From an uncultured Candidatus Saccharibacteria bacterium (GTDB lineage: Bacteria; Patescibacteriota; Minisyncoccia; Phycocordibacterales; CAIJYI01): a DNA stretch of 64,000 nt. Location: contig CAYPFT010000001.1 in assembly GCA_964410165.1 (NCBI GenBank), positions 38,341 through 102,340 on the forward strand, given 5' to 3'. Both the position numbers and the translations under genes were made by a program. The notes below the pieces were generated by a model, which did not search any database, had not been told where the DNA came from, and saw nothing but the letters and a program-made list of their open reading frames with translations. Positions 36,301 to 47,229 of this stretch are shown piece by piece. The number at the start of each line of letters is the position of its first letter. Position 1 is the stretch's first letter.

Positions 36301-36651
36301 ATGACCAGATCCCTGAAGAAAGGTCCCTACGTGGACGAAAAACTGATGAAAAAGATCGAAGGGAAGAAACCGACGGATGTTGGCGTTATTAAGACGTGGC
36401 GCCGCGCTTCTCAGATTGCGCCGGAAATGGTCGGTTTTACCTTCGGCGTTCATAATGGACGCCAGCACATTGAAGTGCTTGCAACGGAAGACATGGTCGG
36501 GCATCGTTTGGGCGAGTTTTCTCCGACAAGAAAGTTTTTACGGCACGGCGGTAAAATGCAGAAAGAACTCGAACAGAAGAAAAAAGAAGCGGAAATATCG
36601 GCGGCAAAAGCGGCAAAAGCTTCAGGAGATTCGGCATCTAAAAAGAAATAA
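36301..36651 (+). CDS. rpsS: 30S ribosomal protein S19 with a lysine-rich C-terminal extension
   Basis: [20 protein letters not shown]...GHRLGEF. The extra C-terminus [29 protein letters not shown] is unusual. Confidence 0.9.
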   Translation: MTRSLKKGPYVDEKLMKKIEGKKPTDVGVIKTWRRASQIAPEMVGFTFGVHNGRQHIEVLATEDMVGHRLGEFSPTRKFLRHGGKMQKELEQKKKEAEISAAKAAKASGDSASKKK

Positions 36652-36660
36652 TCTGCTATC

Positions 36661-37047
36661 ATGGAACAAGGAATCGCCAAGCTCGCAAATTATCGACAGT
36701 CACCCAGAAAGGTGAGGCTTTTAGCCGATATGGTTCGGGGGAAAGAAGTGGGAGAAGCCCTTACGGCGCTTCGCTTTACGCCGAAAAGAGCATCGCTTCC
36801 CATCATGAAGCTCATTAAAAGCGCCTTATCCAACGCACAGAACGCGGGAGCCGGTGCGAAAGACATTTTTCATATCACCGCCATAGCCGTTGACAAGGGC
36901 GTGGTACTCGCAAGACACATGCCGCGTGCCCGAGGAAGAGCATTTCCCATAAAAAAACGTTCCAGTAATGTAACCATTGTAATAGAAAAAGGCGAAGCGA
37001 AACAGAAGAAATCCAAAAACACAAAGGCAATAAAAACAAAATCGTAA
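36661..37047 (+). CDS. rplV: 50S ribosomal protein L22
   Basis: Typical L22 core with a K-rich C-terminal tail. Confidence 0.9.
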   Translation: MEQGIAKLANYRQSPRKVRLLADMVRGKEVGEALTALRFTPKRASLPIMKLIKSALSNAQNAGAGAKDIFHITAIAVDKGVVLARHMPRARGRAFPIKKRSSNVTIVIEKGEAKQKKSKNTKAIKTKS

Positions 37048-37065
37048 CCGTCTTTCGTCCCCGGT

Positions 37066-37093
37066 ACTTATACTAATCCCTTATACTTAACAT
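37066..37093 (+). promoter_or_regulatory. 28-nt motif acttatactaatcccttatacttaacat immediately 5' of the rpsC ATG (identical copy before fusA)
   Basis: Exact 28/28 identity with 41205-41232. Contains two TATACT hexamers; the second ends 6 nt before the ATG. Confidence 0.5.
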
Positions 37094-37777
37094 ATGTCTC
37101 ACACCGTTCATCCATATTCACACCGCCTCGGCATATTGCGAGATTGGAAATCGCGCTGGTTTGCGGCACCGGGAAAATATCAAGAATTTTTGAGAGCGGA
37201 CGTGCTTTTGCGGGAATATTTGGAAAAACGCCTCCGCGGATGCTCGGTGAGTTCCATTGACATCGAGAGAAACCAAAATACTTTGAAGATACTCATTAAA
37301 ACGGCACGTCCGGGAATGATCATCGGCCGAAGCGGCGAAGGGGCGGCAAAGCTCAGGAACGACATTTTTACGTTTGCCAAAAGACGCAAAATCGCGATTT
37401 CCGAGAATCTGAAGGTTGATATTGAAGAAGTCCGGTTTCCCGAAGCCGATGCCGTTATTGTGGGAGAAATGGTTGCGGAAGGTCTGGAAAAACGCATGCC
37501 ATTTCGCCGCGTCCTGAAGCAGACCATTGAAAAAGTTATGGCGAATCGCGATGTGCAAGGAGCGAAAATCGCTATTTCCGGGAGGCTCGGCGGTGCCGAT
37601 ATGAGTCGCGCCGAGCAGATTAAAAAAGGAAACATTCCCCTGCAGACATTCCGCGCGGATATTGATTTCGCCCGCGAGAGAGCTTATCTCCCGTACGGCG
37701 TCATCGGCGTCAAGGTGTGGATTTATAAAGGTGAAGTCTTTGCAGACAAGCCGAAAACGGCAACATCAAGAAATTAA
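37094..37777 (+). CDS. rpsC: 30S ribosomal protein S3
   Basis: KH domain and S3 C-terminal domain. Confidence 0.9.
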   Translation: MSHTVHPYSHRLGILRDWKSRWFAAPGKYQEFLRADVLLREYLEKRLRGCSVSSIDIERNQNTLKILIKTARPGMIIGRSGEGAAKLRNDIFTFAKRRKIAISENLKVDIEEVRFPEADAVIVGEMVAEGLEKRMPFRRVLKQTIEKVMANRDVQGAKIAISGRLGGADMSRAEQIKKGNIPLQTFRADIDFARERAYLPYGVIGVKVWIYKGEVFADKPKTATSRN

Positions 37778-37787
37778 ATTAACCGCC

Positions 37788-38210
37788 ATGCTCCTCTTTC
37801 CAAGAAAAGTAAAACATCGAAAATGGCAGACAAGCCGCAAAAACCCGAATAAGCCTCGCGTGGCTACCCGGGGCGTTACGGTTGCTTTCGGTGCGTATGG
37901 GCTGAAAGCGCAGAGCGTAGGCCGCATCCGGTCAAACCAGATCGAAGCGGCGAGGAAAACGCTCGTACGCACTATTTCCAAGACGGGAAAAGCGTGGATT
38001 CGCATTTTTACAGACCGGCCGGTAACTCAAAAAGCGGCGGAAGTGGGGATGGGAAAAGGGAAAGGAGATCCGGTGGGGTACTGCGTAGAAGTTTTTCCGG
38101 GGCGGGTGCTTTTTGAGGTTGACGGTGTTTCGGAAGCTGTAGCGAAAAATGCGCTTCGAAAAGCCGGCGCCAAACTTCCGGTAAAGACGAGAATCGTGAG
38201 CCGAATATAG
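37788..38210 (+). CDS. rplP: 50S ribosomal protein L16
   Basis: MLLFPRKVKHRKWQTSRKNPNKPRVATRG... Start chosen at 37788 within the longer ORF. Confidence 0.9.
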   Translation: MLLFPRKVKHRKWQTSRKNPNKPRVATRGVTVAFGAYGLKAQSVGRIRSNQIEAARKTLVRTISKTGKAWIRIFTDRPVTQKAAEVGMGKGKGDPVGYCVEVFPGRVLFEVDGVSEAVAKNALRKAGAKLPVKTRIVSRI

Positions 38211-38279
38211 CGCAATGCCGAGCAGATTGACGCAGAGCAAAAAATGCGCTAAAGTCATGGTTGCGGCGTAATGTATCAA

Positions 38280-38405
38280 ATAGGACTTACGCACTTGGAT
38301 GAGATTCGAGGCGAAACAAGGGTTTTTACGGAGATGTACTAACAGTACATTGACGGGAAAACCCGATGTTTCAACGACGAAGATCGCCAAATGCGTAAGT
38401 CCTAT
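38280..38405. mobile_element. Family-1 MITE, copy D (126-bp minimal copy) between rplP and rpmC inside the ribosomal operon
   Basis: ataggacttacgcac ... gtgcgtaagtcctat termini identical to the other copies; the internal sequence is unrelated. Confidence 0.65.
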
Positions 38406-38419
38406 CAAAATCAAAATCA

Positions 38420-38626
38420 ATGTCCGACAGTATTAAAACGCAAAGCGATAAAGATTTGGAGAAAACAGTGCTTGAGAAGCGCGGAGTTTTGCGCGATGCT
38501 CGATTTAACGCGGCCGGTTCAAAGACCAAAAATGTTCGCGAGCAAAGAACCGTCAAACGGGAAATAGCAAGAATTCTCACCGAACTTGTCGCGCGACAGA
38601 AAGCGGGTACGCAAAACCCAAAGTAA
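38420..38626 (+). CDS. rpmC: 50S ribosomal protein L29
   Basis: 68 aa, [20 protein letters not shown]... Confidence 0.85.
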   Translation: MSDSIKTQSDKDLEKTVLEKRGVLRDARFNAAGSKTKNVREQRTVKREIARILTELVARQKAGTQNPK

Positions 38627-38633
38627 TATTTTT

Positions 38634-38894
38634 ATGAAAAAAATACAAACACAGACCGAAACAAAGAAAAAAACTCTTCACGGGGTTGTTGTTTCCGATA
38701 AAATGCAAAAGACGGTCATTGTCCTCGTTCATCGTTTTGTGAAGCACCAAAAATACGGCAAATACATAAAACAGAGCAAAAAATACAAAGCGCACGACGA
38801 GGAGAATGCTTACAAGACGGGGGACAAGGTCAGTATTGAAGAGACCCGCCCGATTTCAAAAGACAAGAGTTTTAAGGTCGCCGGGAAAACATGA
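38634..38894 (+). CDS. rpsQ: 30S ribosomal protein S17
   Basis: [30 protein letters not shown]... Confidence 0.88.
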   Translation: MKKIQTQTETKKKTLHGVVVSDKMQKTVIVLVHRFVKHQKYGKYIKQSKKYKAHDEENAYKTGDKVSIEETRPISKDKSFKVAGKT

Positions 38895-39012
38895 TAAAGT
38901 AAAAATTGAAAACGAAAAATGAAAAACGAAAATCCAAAAGTAAAAACCGCTCGGACTTTTTAATTTTTTCTTGTCGTTTTTAGATTTTCATTCTTCAATT
39001 TTAATTCGCACC

Positions 39013-39384
39013 ATGATTCAGCCGCAAACCATCGTAAAGATAGCAGACAACACCGGTGGAAAGATCGGGCGGGTGTTCAAGGTACTTGGCGGATCAAAGA
39101 GGCGGTACGCTCAAATTGGAGATATTGTTATTCTCGCGGTGCAGGTTGCGGAACCGCGCAAAGGAGTAAAAAAGAAAGATGTGGTGTCCGGGGTGGTGGT
39201 GCGCCAGACGCGGCCGTTTCGCAGAAAAGACGGTTCCTATGTTCGCTTCGATGAAAATGCGGTAGTTATCATCGAGAAAGGAAAGAAAGACCCGAAAGGA
39301 GGGCGAATTTTCGGGCCGATTCCGCGTGAAATGTCCGAACGCGGGTATCAGAAGATTATTTCGCTGGCGCCGGAAGTCGTTTAA
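39013..39384 (+). CDS. rplN: 50S ribosomal protein L14
   Basis: MIQPQTIVKIADNTGGK... Confidence 0.92.
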   Translation: MIQPQTIVKIADNTGGKIGRVFKVLGGSKRRYAQIGDIVILAVQVAEPRKGVKKKDVVSGVVVRQTRPFRRKDGSYVRFDENAVVIIEKGKKDPKGGRIFGPIPREMSERGYQKIISLAPEVV

Positions 39385-39470
39385 GAACATAAGACATGAA
39401 TCATGGAACATGAAACAAGCAAAGTGACAGATTGATTTATGTTTTATGATTTATGGTTTATGAATAACCC

Positions 39471-39776
39471 ATGCAAATTAAAAAAGACGACAATGTAATA
39501 GTCCTCACGGGCAAAGATAAAGGCAAGAAAGGAAAAGTCCTGCGTGTGCTTCGCGGACAAGGAAAGGTGGTTGTTGACGGTGCGGCGGTGCATAAAAAGC
39601 ACCAGAAAGCGGCAAAACACGGCGGCAAGGGCTCGATCATCGAGAAAGCGACTCCGATCCACGTATCGAATGTCGCGCTCATGGATCCGAAGACCGGCAC
39701 GGCAACGCGGATTGGAACAAAGATGGTCGGAGGGAAGAAAGTGCGAATCAGCAAGAAAAGCGGAACAGAAATATAA
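39471..39776 (+). CDS. rplX: 50S ribosomal protein L24
   Basis: KOW motif, MQIKKDDNVIVLTGKDKGKKGKV. Confidence 0.9.
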   Translation: MQIKKDDNVIVLTGKDKGKKGKVLRVLRGQGKVVVDGAAVHKKHQKAAKHGGKGSIIEKATPIHVSNVALMDPKTGTATRIGTKMVGGKKVRISKKSGTEI

Positions 39777-39784
39777 TTTACACC

Positions 39785-40330
39785 ATGCAAAATATAAAAG
39801 AAAAACAAAAGAAAGCATTCACCGAAATGAAAGGTACTTTCGGCTACAAAAACCCGATGCAGGCGCCTCGTTTGGTTAAGGTTGTCGTTAGTGTCGGTAC
39901 AGGAAAAGCGAAAGACCCGAAGCGCAACGACTTTATTGTGGACAGGCTTTCAAAAATTACCGGTCAAAAGCCGGCCCTTCGCGGGGCGAAAAAATCCATC
40001 GCGTCTTTCAAAGTGCGTCAGGGCGACCCGGTGGGCGTTACCGTCACGCTTCGCGGCGAGCGAATGCAGAGTTTTCTCGACAAGCTCATCAATATCGCCA
40101 TTCCACGCATGAAAGACTTCCGCGGACTTGAGCCATCCGCGGTGGATGAAATAGGAAACTACACCCTCGGACTTCGCGAACACTCCATTTTCACCGAAAC
40201 CGCGAACGAAGACTTGAAAGACATCTTCGGACTTGCCATCACGGTGGTAACCACAGCAAAGACCCCGAAAGAAGCCAAAGCATTTCTCGACATTCTCGGT
40301 TTTCCTTTCAAAAAAGCGGAAGTGAAATAA
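39785..40330 (+). CDS. rplE: 50S ribosomal protein L5
   Basis: Typical L5 (FGYKNPMQAPRLVKVVVSVG...). Confidence 0.92.
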   Translation: MQNIKEKQKKAFTEMKGTFGYKNPMQAPRLVKVVVSVGTGKAKDPKRNDFIVDRLSKITGQKPALRGAKKSIASFKVRQGDPVGVTVTLRGERMQSFLDKLINIAIPRMKDFRGLEPSAVDEIGNYTLGLREHSIFTETANEDLKDIFGLAITVVTTAKTPKEAKAFLDILGFPFKKAEVK

Positions 40331-40348
40331 CACCGGAAAAATATTTGC

Positions 40349-40621
40349 ATGGAAAGTTTTTCAAAAGTTAAAAAAGAAATGATGAAAAATCCGGAATTTC
40401 GCCGGCTCTACGATGAGATGGCTCCTCAATACGAGCTTATCAGTGAAGTCATCCGCAAAAGAATCGAGCGGAAAATGACGCAGGCCGAACTCGCGAAGAA
40501 AATGGGAACGAAGCAATCCGTCATCTCGCGCCTCGAATCCGGCAACGCCAATCCCACGCTTTCTTTTATGCGAGAAGTCGCCACTGCTCTCGGCAGCGAG
40601 CTCAAAATCTCATTCAAATAA
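40349..40621 (+). CDS. XRE-family helix-turn-helix protein
   Basis: MTQAELAKKMGTKQSVISRLESG HTH motif. Lies directly after rplE, where S14/S8 would normally be. Confidence 0.7.
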   Translation: MESFSKVKKEMMKNPEFRRLYDEMAPQYELISEVIRKRIERKMTQAELAKKMGTKQSVISRLESGNANPTLSFMREVATALGSELKISFK

Positions 40622-40648
40622 AAAAGCCCGCGTAACGACGGGCTTTTG
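40621..40648. terminator. Bidirectional terminator hairpin
   Basis: aaaaagcccgcgtaacgacgggcttttgg. Confidence 0.55.
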
Positions 40649-40672
40649 GGAAAAGGACTTTCAATTAAGAGC

Positions 40673-40930
40673 CTAACAAACCCCGTATGTTTCCGCATCT
40701 ACCACAAGGCGTTTGCGTTCGTCCTCATCAGGAACGACAGACTCTAATTTCAGAAATGAATCTGGATGTTGAACTAACCCCAAAAACTGGTACGCTTGTT
40801 CACACCGAGCGTCTTTGTCAAGATGAAGCCCTTCGGCTGTGATACCCGTTCTCCATGCTTTGAGAAGGGCTTGCGAGTCCCAGTCGGCGAAAGCCGCAGT
40901 TATATTGTAATCTGGCAGCAATGGTTCCAT
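40673..40930 (-). CDS. Hypothetical protein
   Basis: 85-aa ORF with AGGAG RBS. Confidence 0.4.
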   Translation of the reverse strand: MEPLLPDYNITAAFADWDSQALLKAWRTGITAEGLHLDKDARCEQAYQFLGLVQHPDSFLKLESVVPDEDERKRLVVDAETYGVC

Positions 40931-41204
40931 TTTCTTCTCCTAAAAATTGTGATTGAATTTAGTATGTACCGCTGAAAACAGTTTATCACAATACAACACA
41001 TTTGTCAACTCTTTCCACGTCACCAAAAATAGGGTAAGATAAATACATCTTTTAATGACCGCTACCGGGTCTTTTTATTTAGACAAGCGAGGAAGGAATA
41101 GGAGCTTGCTCATATTCCAGCCGAGTGCCGTCTAAATATGAGAATTTATTGCTCATATTTAATAAACGATGAGTAGAGAAAAAAGGGCGTTCGTTTTCCC
41201 TTAT

Positions 41205-41232
41205 ACTTATACTAATCCCTTATACTTAACAT
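41205..41232 (+). promoter_or_regulatory. Second copy of the 28-nt motif acttatactaatcccttatacttaacat, 1 nt before the fusA ATG
   Basis: Exact copy of 37066-37093. Confidence 0.5.
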
Positions 41233-41233
41233 T

Positions 41234-43381
<2,148 letters not shown>

Positions 43382-43466
43382 GAAAAGAATCAGGAATAGG
43401 GAATCACGAATAGAGAAAAACCCCTCCGATGGATATCGGAGGGGTTTGGCGGATACGGGGAATGTT

Positions 43467-43817
43467 TTATTTTCCTTCGTCTCGTCCGGTCTTATAGAGA
43501 CCTTGACTTGGCGATTCAGTTTTCGGCAAATCTTCCGTTGTGGCAGAGGAGCGAGTCATAATAAAGTCGCCCCGGCGATCTTGACGCGTGAAGCATTCCG
43601 CTACACAGAAAGCTCGTTTTTCCGCGTCTTCTCCCGTGAAGTTGAGTACATCTTCGTCCATGATATTTATCCACCACTCGGCTGAATCATCTGGCGGCGG
43701 AAAGATGAAAACAAGATTACCAGCGGTGCTTTTCCAGTGTCCCGTCATTAAGAGGTTTTTCTCCCTCCACTCCCATACCTGCCCAAAACGTTCGATTTTT
43801 TCACCTTGTAAATTCAT
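43467..43817 (-). CDS. Hypothetical protein
   Basis: 116-aa ORF. No motif recognised. Confidence 0.35.
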   Translation of the reverse strand: MNLQGEKIERFGQVWEWREKNLLMTGHWKSTAGNLVFIFPPPDDSAEWWINIMDEDVLNFTGEDAEKRAFCVAECFTRQDRRGDFIMTRSSATTEDLPKTESPSQGLYKTGRDEGK

Positions 43818-43890
43818 GATATTTCTCCAACAAAGAACGGATGTTGTTCAAGTATAAGTAAATCATTTTTTGTTGGCTTTGTCAATCTTT

Positions 43891-44234
43891 TGACAAGTAA
43901 GTTCTCACACCCCACCCCAATCCTCCCTTACAGGGACTGTACACCTTTTGGACTTTTTGTTTCCCCGCCGGCTGGCGGGTCACAAAAATCCTCAAAAGGT
44001 CTTGCGGAACGGGTCCCTGCCCATTCCTCACCCTCTAAAGAGGGGAGGAGGCACGACGGTTGGCGTCCTTACCGCATGGGCACTTCCAATTTTATACTCC
44101 TTTCAGTCGTTAAAATTTAGGTCGCTCCCCCTTTTCAAAGGGGGAGTCCGCCAGCTGGCGGAGAGAGGGGGTTCGTGTGTAATATCGCTCTGTACAGTAA
44201 AGATATTTTTGGGGTGTGAGGACTTACTTTGACA
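43891..44234. mobile_element. Family-2 MITE (~344 bp) with ~25-bp terminal inverted repeats ttgacaagtaagttctcacacccc / ggggtgtgaggacttactttgacaa
   Basis: Perfect inner TIR ctcacacccca/tggggtgtgag. Internal palindromes ccgccggctggcggg and ccgccagctggcgg. Shares a 31-bp block with the prmC insert. Confidence 0.65.
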
Positions 44235-44257
44235 AAAATGTCAAGGACGGGTATCAT
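44229..44257 (+). promoter_or_regulatory. Promoter TTGACA-N17-TATCAT whose -35 lies inside the MITE right TIR; the start codon is 6 nt after the -10 (leaderless)
   Basis: ttgacaaaaatgtcaaggacgggtatcat gggtgt ATG(44264). Confidence 0.45.
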
Positions 44258-44263
44258 GGGTGT

Positions 44264-44577
44264 ATGAAAACACTCAAAAAAGAAACTTCAACCGAATATT
44301 CGTTTACTGTCATATACGAGCCGGTAAAGGGTGGCGGGTATCAGATAACCGTACCGGTTTTACCGGGCGTTATTTCGTACGGGCGGGATATTGAAGAAGC
44401 CAAAAAAATGACCCGACGATTCGATTGATTGATAAAAATGGCATTCATCCGCCGCATTCGCTCAACGCTCAAACTGTCGACGAGGCGGTATATTTTTTGG
44501 ATCAATTTATGTCTGAATGCGAAACACAAGAGTTGCTTCCTTTCGACTACTTCACAAAGGAAGACAAGGTTAAGTAA
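44264..44577 (+). pseudogene. HicB-like antitoxin gene, apparently frameshifted at an A7 tract (44410-44416)
   Basis: N-terminus YSFTVIYEPVKGGGYQITVPVLPGVISYGRDIEEAKK matches the HicB N-domain. The frame stops at 44428, but a +1 shift in the A7 run opens a further 57 codons (NDPTIRLIDKNGIHPP...FTKEDKVK). Confidence 0.4.
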
Positions 44578-44592
44578 TAGCAAAGGAAGAAA

Positions 44593-44619
44593 AGAGAGGC
44601 ATACCGTCTCTCTTTTTTT
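44593..44619 (+). terminator. Terminator hairpin plus T-run
   Basis: agagag-gcataccgt-ctctct followed by ttttttt. Confidence 0.45.
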
Positions 44620-44672
44620 GTCTTCATGAAACGTTTATGTAAGACGGGTGTTGTAGTAGAGAGAACAAGCGG

Positions 44673-44701
44673 TTGACTATTTTTGGACTTCCGCATATCC
44701 T
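44673..44701 (+). promoter_or_regulatory. Promoter TTGACT-N17-TATCCT upstream of ppsA
   Basis: ttgactatttttggacttccgcatatcct. Confidence 0.4.
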
Positions 44702-44774
44702 TTTTACAGAAAGGGGTGTTGTTTGCCCCCCAAAATAAGACAGATGTTTCTTTGGCATCAAGGGGAGAGAAGAA

Positions 44775-47177
44775 ATGGTCAATCATATTAAATGGTTTTT
44801 TGAAATAACGATAGATGATGTTCCTTTGGTCGGCGGTAAAAATGCGTCGCTTGGAGAGATGTATAGAGAATTAACGCCGCAAGGTATTCGTATCCCGAAC
44901 GGTTTTGCTGTAACGTCGGAAGCATATCGTTATGTGATGGATCAAGCCAATGCTTGGGAACCACTACACGAAGCGCTTGATGATTTGGATCCGAACGACA
45001 TGTTGGATCTTGCTAAACGAGCTCATCGGGCGAGAGAAATTGTGTATGCGGCGCCGTTTCCCGACGATTTGAGAGAGCAGATTTTGGCATCTTGCGCCAA
45101 ACTGAAAGAACAGTACGGCGATGACACGAGCGTGGCGGTACGAAGCTCTGCTACGGCGGAAGATTTACCGACGGCGAGTTTTGCCGGACAACAGGATACC
45201 TATCTTAATATTCGACCGGATAGAAGCATTATTCATTTTTGCCAACGTTGTTTTGCGAGCCTCTTTACCGACAGAGCTATCCACTATCGGGTTGATCATG
45301 GGTTTGATCACTTCAAACTGGCGCTATCGGTTGGCATCATGAAAATGGTGCGTTCCGATTTGGCTTCAAGCGGGGTTATGTTTTCGCTTGATACCGAGTC
45401 GGGCTTTAAGGACGTGGTGTACATTACCGGCGCGTATGGTCTCGGCGAGAACGTCGTCCAAGGTGCGGTTGATCCGGATGAGTTTTATGTTCACAAGCCA
45501 ACCTTTATGAAAGGATATCGGAAGGTTTTGAAACATTCGCTCGGAACGAAAAAAATAAAAATGGTATATGCGGATACATGGGGAACGGCATCGACTAAAA
45601 ATGTACACACTTCGTTTCATGACCAAAATCGGTTTTGTCTTAATGATGAAGATGTTCTTACTCTCGCCAATTGCGCTATAAAAATTGAAAAACATTATAG
45701 CAAAAAGGCGGGGCGCTCAAAACCAATGGATATGGAGTGGGCGAAAGACGGTATTGACGGAGCGCTGTACATTGTCCAAGCTCGTCCGGAAACGGTCGTC
45801 TCTCAAAAGTCAGGAATGATATTAGAGCAATACGAACTAAAAGAGAAAACAGCGAAGTCGGTAGTAACGGGACATGCGGTGGGCAGTAAGATTGCCGCAG
45901 GACCCGTGCGTATTATGGGAAATGTGAGACAGCTTTCTGATTTTAAGAAAGGCGATGTGCTTGTGGCGGATATGACCACGCCCGATTGGGAGCCGGTGAT
46001 GAAAATCGCTTCCGCAATAGTTACGAACCAAGGCGGACGCACCTGCCATGCGGCTATTATTTCGCGAGAGCTTGGCGTTCCGGCTGTTATCGGTTGTGAA
46101 AACGCAACGACGGCGCTTCGGAATAGCAAGCAGGTGACCGTGTCTTGCGCCGAGGGCGATAAAGGTAAGGTTTATGAAGGTATTCTTCCTTTTGAAGTAA
46201 TCACCACAGATTTATCCCACCTTGGGCGCCCAAAGACGCATATCATGCTCAATCTTGGCAATCCGGAGCTTGCTTTTAAGACGAGCTTTTTGCCCAACGA
46301 CGGGGTCGGCTTGGCAAGAATGGAATTTATCATTACCGAGTATATCAAAGCCCATCCGATGGCGTTGATTCATTCGGAAAAAGTACAAGATGAATCCGAA
46401 AAAAAAGAGCTTGCTTTATTGGTCAAGAATCAACTGCCGGAAGAGTTTTTCATAGAACGTTTAGCGGAAGGCGTGGGAACTATCGCGGCGGCTTTTTATC
46501 CAAAACCGGTTGTGGTACGGATGTCTGATTTCAAGACTAACGAATATGCCACTTTGCTCGGCGGACGCTGGTTTGAATTTGACGAAGCCAATCCGATGAT
46601 TGGTTTTCGCGGCGCTTCGCGTTATACACATTCCGCGTATGCCGAAGCTTTTGCTTTGGAATGCGCCGCGATGAAACGAGTTCGCAACGACATGGGATTG
46701 ACGAATGTCATTCTGATGATTCCATTTTGCCGCCGCATTCGTGAAGCGGAGCGGGTGCTTGAATACATGGCGGAGCTTGGCTTGAGGAGGGGAGAGAACG
46801 GATTGCAAGTGTATGTCATGTGCGAGATTCCGAACAATGTAATTCAAATTGACGAATTTTCAAAGTATTTTGACGGCTTCTCTATCGGCTCCAATGATCT
46901 TACTCAGCTAACTTTGGGTGCAGATCGAGATTCTGCCATTATTGCCGAAAGCTTTGACGAACAAGATCCGGGAGTGAAGGAAATGATTCGGTTTGCCGTC
47001 GCAGGCGCAAAACGAAACGGCAAGCATTCCGGATTGTGCGGTCAAGCGCCGTCCGATTACCCGGACATGGCGGAGTTCTTGGTGGAAATCGGAATTGATT
47101 CTATGAGCGTTACTCCCGACACAGTACTTAAAATCACAGAGCGAGTGCTGGAAGTGGAAAAGAAGCTCGGACGATGA
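44775..47177 (+). CDS. ppsA: Phosphoenolpyruvate synthase (pyruvate, water dikinase)
   Basis: 800 aa; phosphohistidine region GGRTCHAAIISRELGVPAVIG; PEP-utilising C-terminal TIM-barrel domain. Confidence 0.9.
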   Translation: MVNHIKWFFEITIDDVPLVGGKNASLGEMYRELTPQGIRIPNGFAVTSEAYRYVMDQANAWEPLHEALDDLDPNDMLDLAKRAHRAREIVYAAPFPDDLREQILASCAKLKEQYGDDTSVAVRSSATAEDLPTASFAGQQDTYLNIRPDRSIIHFCQRCFASLFTDRAIHYRVDHGFDHFKLALSVGIMKMVRSDLASSGVMFSLDTESGFKDVVYITGAYGLGENVVQGAVDPDEFYVHKPTFMKGYRKVLKHSLGTKKIKMVYADTWGTASTKNVHTSFHDQNRFCLNDEDVLTLANCAIKIEKHYSKKAGRSKPMDMEWAKDGIDGALYIVQARPETVVSQKSGMILEQYELKEKTAKSVVTGHAVGSKIAAGPVRIMGNVRQLSDFKKGDVLVADMTTPDWEPVMKIASAIVTNQGGRTCHAAIISRELGVPAVIGCENATTALRNSKQVTVSCAEGDKGKVYEGILPFEVITTDLSHLGRPKTHIMLNLGNPELAFKTSFLPNDGVGLARMEFIITEYIKAHPMALIHSEKVQDESEKKELALLVKNQLPEEFFIERLAEGVGTIAAAFYPKPVVVRMSDFKTNEYATLLGGRWFEFDEANPMIGFRGASRYTHSAYAEAFALECAAMKRVRNDMGLTNVILMIPFCRRIREAERVLEYMAELGLRRGENGLQVYVMCEIPNNVIQIDEFSKYFDGFSIGSNDLTQLTLGADRDSAIIAESFDEQDPGVKEMIRFAVAGAKRNGKHSGLCGQAPSDYPDMAEFLVEIGIDSMSVTPDTVLKITERVLEVEKKLGR

Positions 47178-47187
47178 CTTGTTAAAG

Positions 47188-47218
47188 TGCCTCATGGGAA
47201 ACCAGTGAGGCATTTTTT
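47188..47218 (+). terminator. Rho-independent terminator after ppsA
   Basis: tgcctca-tgggaaaccag-tgaggca followed by tttttt. Confidence 0.6.
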
Positions 47219-47229
47219 ATGAGCAAAAT

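Noticed and set aside
44429-44629. 66-aa ORF downstream of the HicB-like stop
   Set aside because: The Arg-rich, low-complexity translation (…FIRRIRSTLKLSTRRY…) looks non-coding. The alternative +1 frame gives a more protein-like continuation of the HicB-like gene.
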